In this document: piece by piece, positions 62,001 to 64,000 of the stretch
How positions within the stretch are numbered: position 1 is the first letter of the stretch
Layout: every line of letters begins with the position of its first letter
NCBI GenBank assembly: GCA_963745035.1
Contig: CAVUVW010000014.1
Span: forward strand, 608,001-672,000
DNA length: 64,000 nucleotides
Source of the DNA: an uncultured delta proteobacterium
GTDB taxonomy: Bacteria > Desulfobacterota > Binatia > UBA9968
Reading direction: 5' to 3'
Notes under the pieces: model-generated
The model's input: only the letters and a program-made list of their open reading frames with translations
Told to the model about the DNA's origin: nothing
The model's database searches: none
Made by a program: the position numbers and the translations under genes

Positions 62001-62020
62001 TGTTAGACCAACGTCCAATA
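62001..62020 (+). promoter_or_regulatory. Palindromic operator, copy 8 (one core mismatch)
   Basis: TGTTAGAC-CAAC-GTCCAATA; TAGTTT 21 nt downstream. Confidence 0.75.
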
Positions 62021-62075
62021 GCCGATCCTTGGATCCTGCGATAGTTTCACAGCGAGCCTGATAGACAGAACCGGA

Positions 62076-63134
62076 ATGCTCGTGACAACAGCCGAGTCAA
62101 AGGAACGCACCTCTACCCGCGCCATCGTCGGCAGAAATGCGGTGCGTACTGCAACCCGTTTTCTTGCCGGCGCGCTCGTCTTGTTCAGTGCGTTGTGGGC
62201 CGCGGGAGCGATCTACTACGCGCCCATCCCGGGAGAGCATTTACGCGCCGCGCTCGCCGCACTTTGGCTGATCGCCACCGCTCTGGCCTTTGCTTTCGTG
62301 CGGCCCGTCGGTCGCGCCTTGGGCGGCTACCTGATCGCTTTTGCCGCCCTGGTTGCACTTTGGTTTCAGATTCCCGCTTCGAACGATCGCGACTGGCAGC
62401 CGGACGTGTCGGTTACGCCCTATGCGACGATCACCGGAGAGTTGATTACGATTCACGGCGTGAGGAATTTTGACTATCGGACGGAAACGGACTTCATGCC
62501 GCGCTGGGAAACGCGCACCTACGATCTCCGCAACCTCGATTCCGTCGATCTCATCGCGGTGTACTGGGCCGGCAAGGCGATCGCGCATATCATGGTGAGC
62601 TTCGGCTTTGCCGGCAAGGATTATGTCACGGTCTCAATCGAGACCCGCAAGGAACGCGGCGAGAATTATTCGACACTGGCCGGTTTCTTTCGCCAATACG
62701 AGCTGGTTTATGTGGTAGCCGATGATCGTGATGTCATTGGCGTGCGGACGACTTATCGCCAGCCGCAGGAAGACGTCTACGTCTACCGCGTGAAGGCGTC
62801 GCTTGCGAATATCCGCAGGGTCTTTCTCGACTATGTGAAAACCATGAATGACATGCGCGAGCGGCCGCGCTTTTACAATACGCTGACGACCAACTGCACG
62901 ACGACCATTCTCATGCACACGCGAGTAAATCCCGAGTCGCCGCCGATGTCGTGGAAAATTTTGTTGAGCGGCTACGTGCCGGAGTATCTTTACGAGTTGG
63001 GCAAGCTCGACGGCAGCCGGCCGTTCGATGAGCTCGAGCGTCTTTCGCTGGTGAACGCGCGCGCCCACGCAGCCGGTCGCGACGAAAATTTTTCGCGGCT
63101 CATCAGGAAGGGGCTTCCCCTGATTGCGCAATAA
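62076..63134 (+). CDS. DUF4105 (Lnb N-terminal-like) membrane protein
   Basis: SNDRDWQPD, VRNFDYR, AHIMVSFGF, SIETRKE and FYNTLTTNCTT motifs. Confidence 0.85.
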   Translation: MLVTTAESKERTSTRAIVGRNAVRTATRFLAGALVLFSALWAAGAIYYAPIPGEHLRAALAALWLIATALAFAFVRPVGRALGGYLIAFAALVALWFQIPASNDRDWQPDVSVTPYATITGELITIHGVRNFDYRTETDFMPRWETRTYDLRNLDSVDLIAVYWAGKAIAHIMVSFGFAGKDYVTVSIETRKERGENYSTLAGFFRQYELVYVVADDRDVIGVRTTYRQPQEDVYVYRVKASLANIRRVFLDYVKTMNDMRERPRFYNTLTTNCTTTILMHTRVNPESPPMSWKILLSGYVPEYLYELGKLDGSRPFDELERLSLVNARAHAAGRDENFSRLIRKGLPLIAQ

Positions 63135-63321
63135 GACAAAAGGGTCATGCCATGAATTCTCCAAAACTTTCCGCTTCGTTTCGGCGGCGGCTGAGCGAGA
63201 TCGCCATCGGCGGTAGTGACTCATGAGTCACTACCTATGACGAACCGTCAATCGATCAACATTTAGACAGAAGCAAATCATCCAAACGGGAACAATGCTC
63301 GGTATTCCTGGTGACCTCGGC

Positions 63322-63491
63322 ATAGTCGCCGTGCTCAGCGACGGCCTGATTAAGACCGACGGCGTGGTCGCCTGCGAGAGCACGCACATCTTCGGAGTCG
63401 CCTCCGAGCTTTGTGGTCCGCTCCGGACACTCGCACCCAATCCCATCCGGAAACCATCGAAGAGGTCCGGCGCATCTTGCGGGAGCACGCC
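63322..63491 (+). pseudogene. C-terminal remnant of an alpha/beta hydrolase (lipase/esterase-like)
   Basis: IVAVL..TDGVVACESTHIFGVASEL / VVRSGHS / TQSHPETIEEVRRILREH across frames; N-terminal part absent. Confidence 0.6.
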
Positions 63492-64000
63492 GGCATGCGC
63501 CAGCGCCGAACTAACCCCGGCAGATCCAGCAATCTATACCTTCGGCTGCCGCGGAAACTGCGGCAGCTCCGACTCAGTAATCCCTGGACTGGTCGCTCGC
63601 GGTGAAAGAAGACATCGTCAGTTTGAACCGCTCGGATCGTCGAGACGTCCCGTCATGATCAACATGAATCGCGGAAAACCGTGTCGGCACCTCTCTTGCA
63701 TTTTGACCGCATTGGCTGCGCAGCGCAATTGACCGAAGGACTTTGGAATCAGAAACTGCGCATTTGTGGAATTCTACGGAACTTTTCTGTTTCGATCGAC
63801 TGCGCGCTAAACGCTGCCGAATTTACTATTTTTTCATACGCACGTAATTATTGCCGGCGAACACAAAACGAGAACCGGAGGAATAAGCTTCTATGGCGGC
63901 GTGGACCTACAAAAATTATTCGATTATTCAGAAAAACCGGCAGAAGGCCCGGCGCTGGCTTTCGACCGCTACCTTTCGCACCCGCCGAGGCGAATTTAGC

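Overview
A GC-rich bacterial window of about 55 genes, nearly all on the + strand, which reads as a low-oxygen or survival island. From left to right it holds: the end of an NrfD/HybB-type membrane subunit plus c-type cytochromes; a Wolinella/Desulfovibrio-type fumarate reductase cluster (frdC-frdA-fumC-frdB, aspA, three DASS/SLC13 carriers); an ion and polyphosphate block (CaCA antiporter, K+ channel, PPK2, MgtC-DUF4010, SulP); glycogen and pentose-phosphate catabolism (glgP, xfp, zwf, GH63-like, GH13); EAL and USP proteins; and many envelope proteins. The strongest unexplained signal is a 20-bp palindrome, TATTGGAC-YAAN-GTCCAATA, found 8 times and only between genes. Its asymmetric spacer always points toward the neighbouring gene, and a TAnnnn -10-like hexamer follows 20-22 nt later. 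This suggests a class II activator regulon resembling the mycobacterial DosR box. Also notable are a complete integron gene cassette (attC, matching core site and a chaA-like gene) with no integrase in the window, a two-gene module with a Popeye/cNMP protein bracketed by a 64-bp duplication, several palindromic repeat elements and four gene remnants. Many genes carry 1-bp frameshifts that look like long-read assembly errors. All product calls come from recognising motifs by eye; no database search was run.
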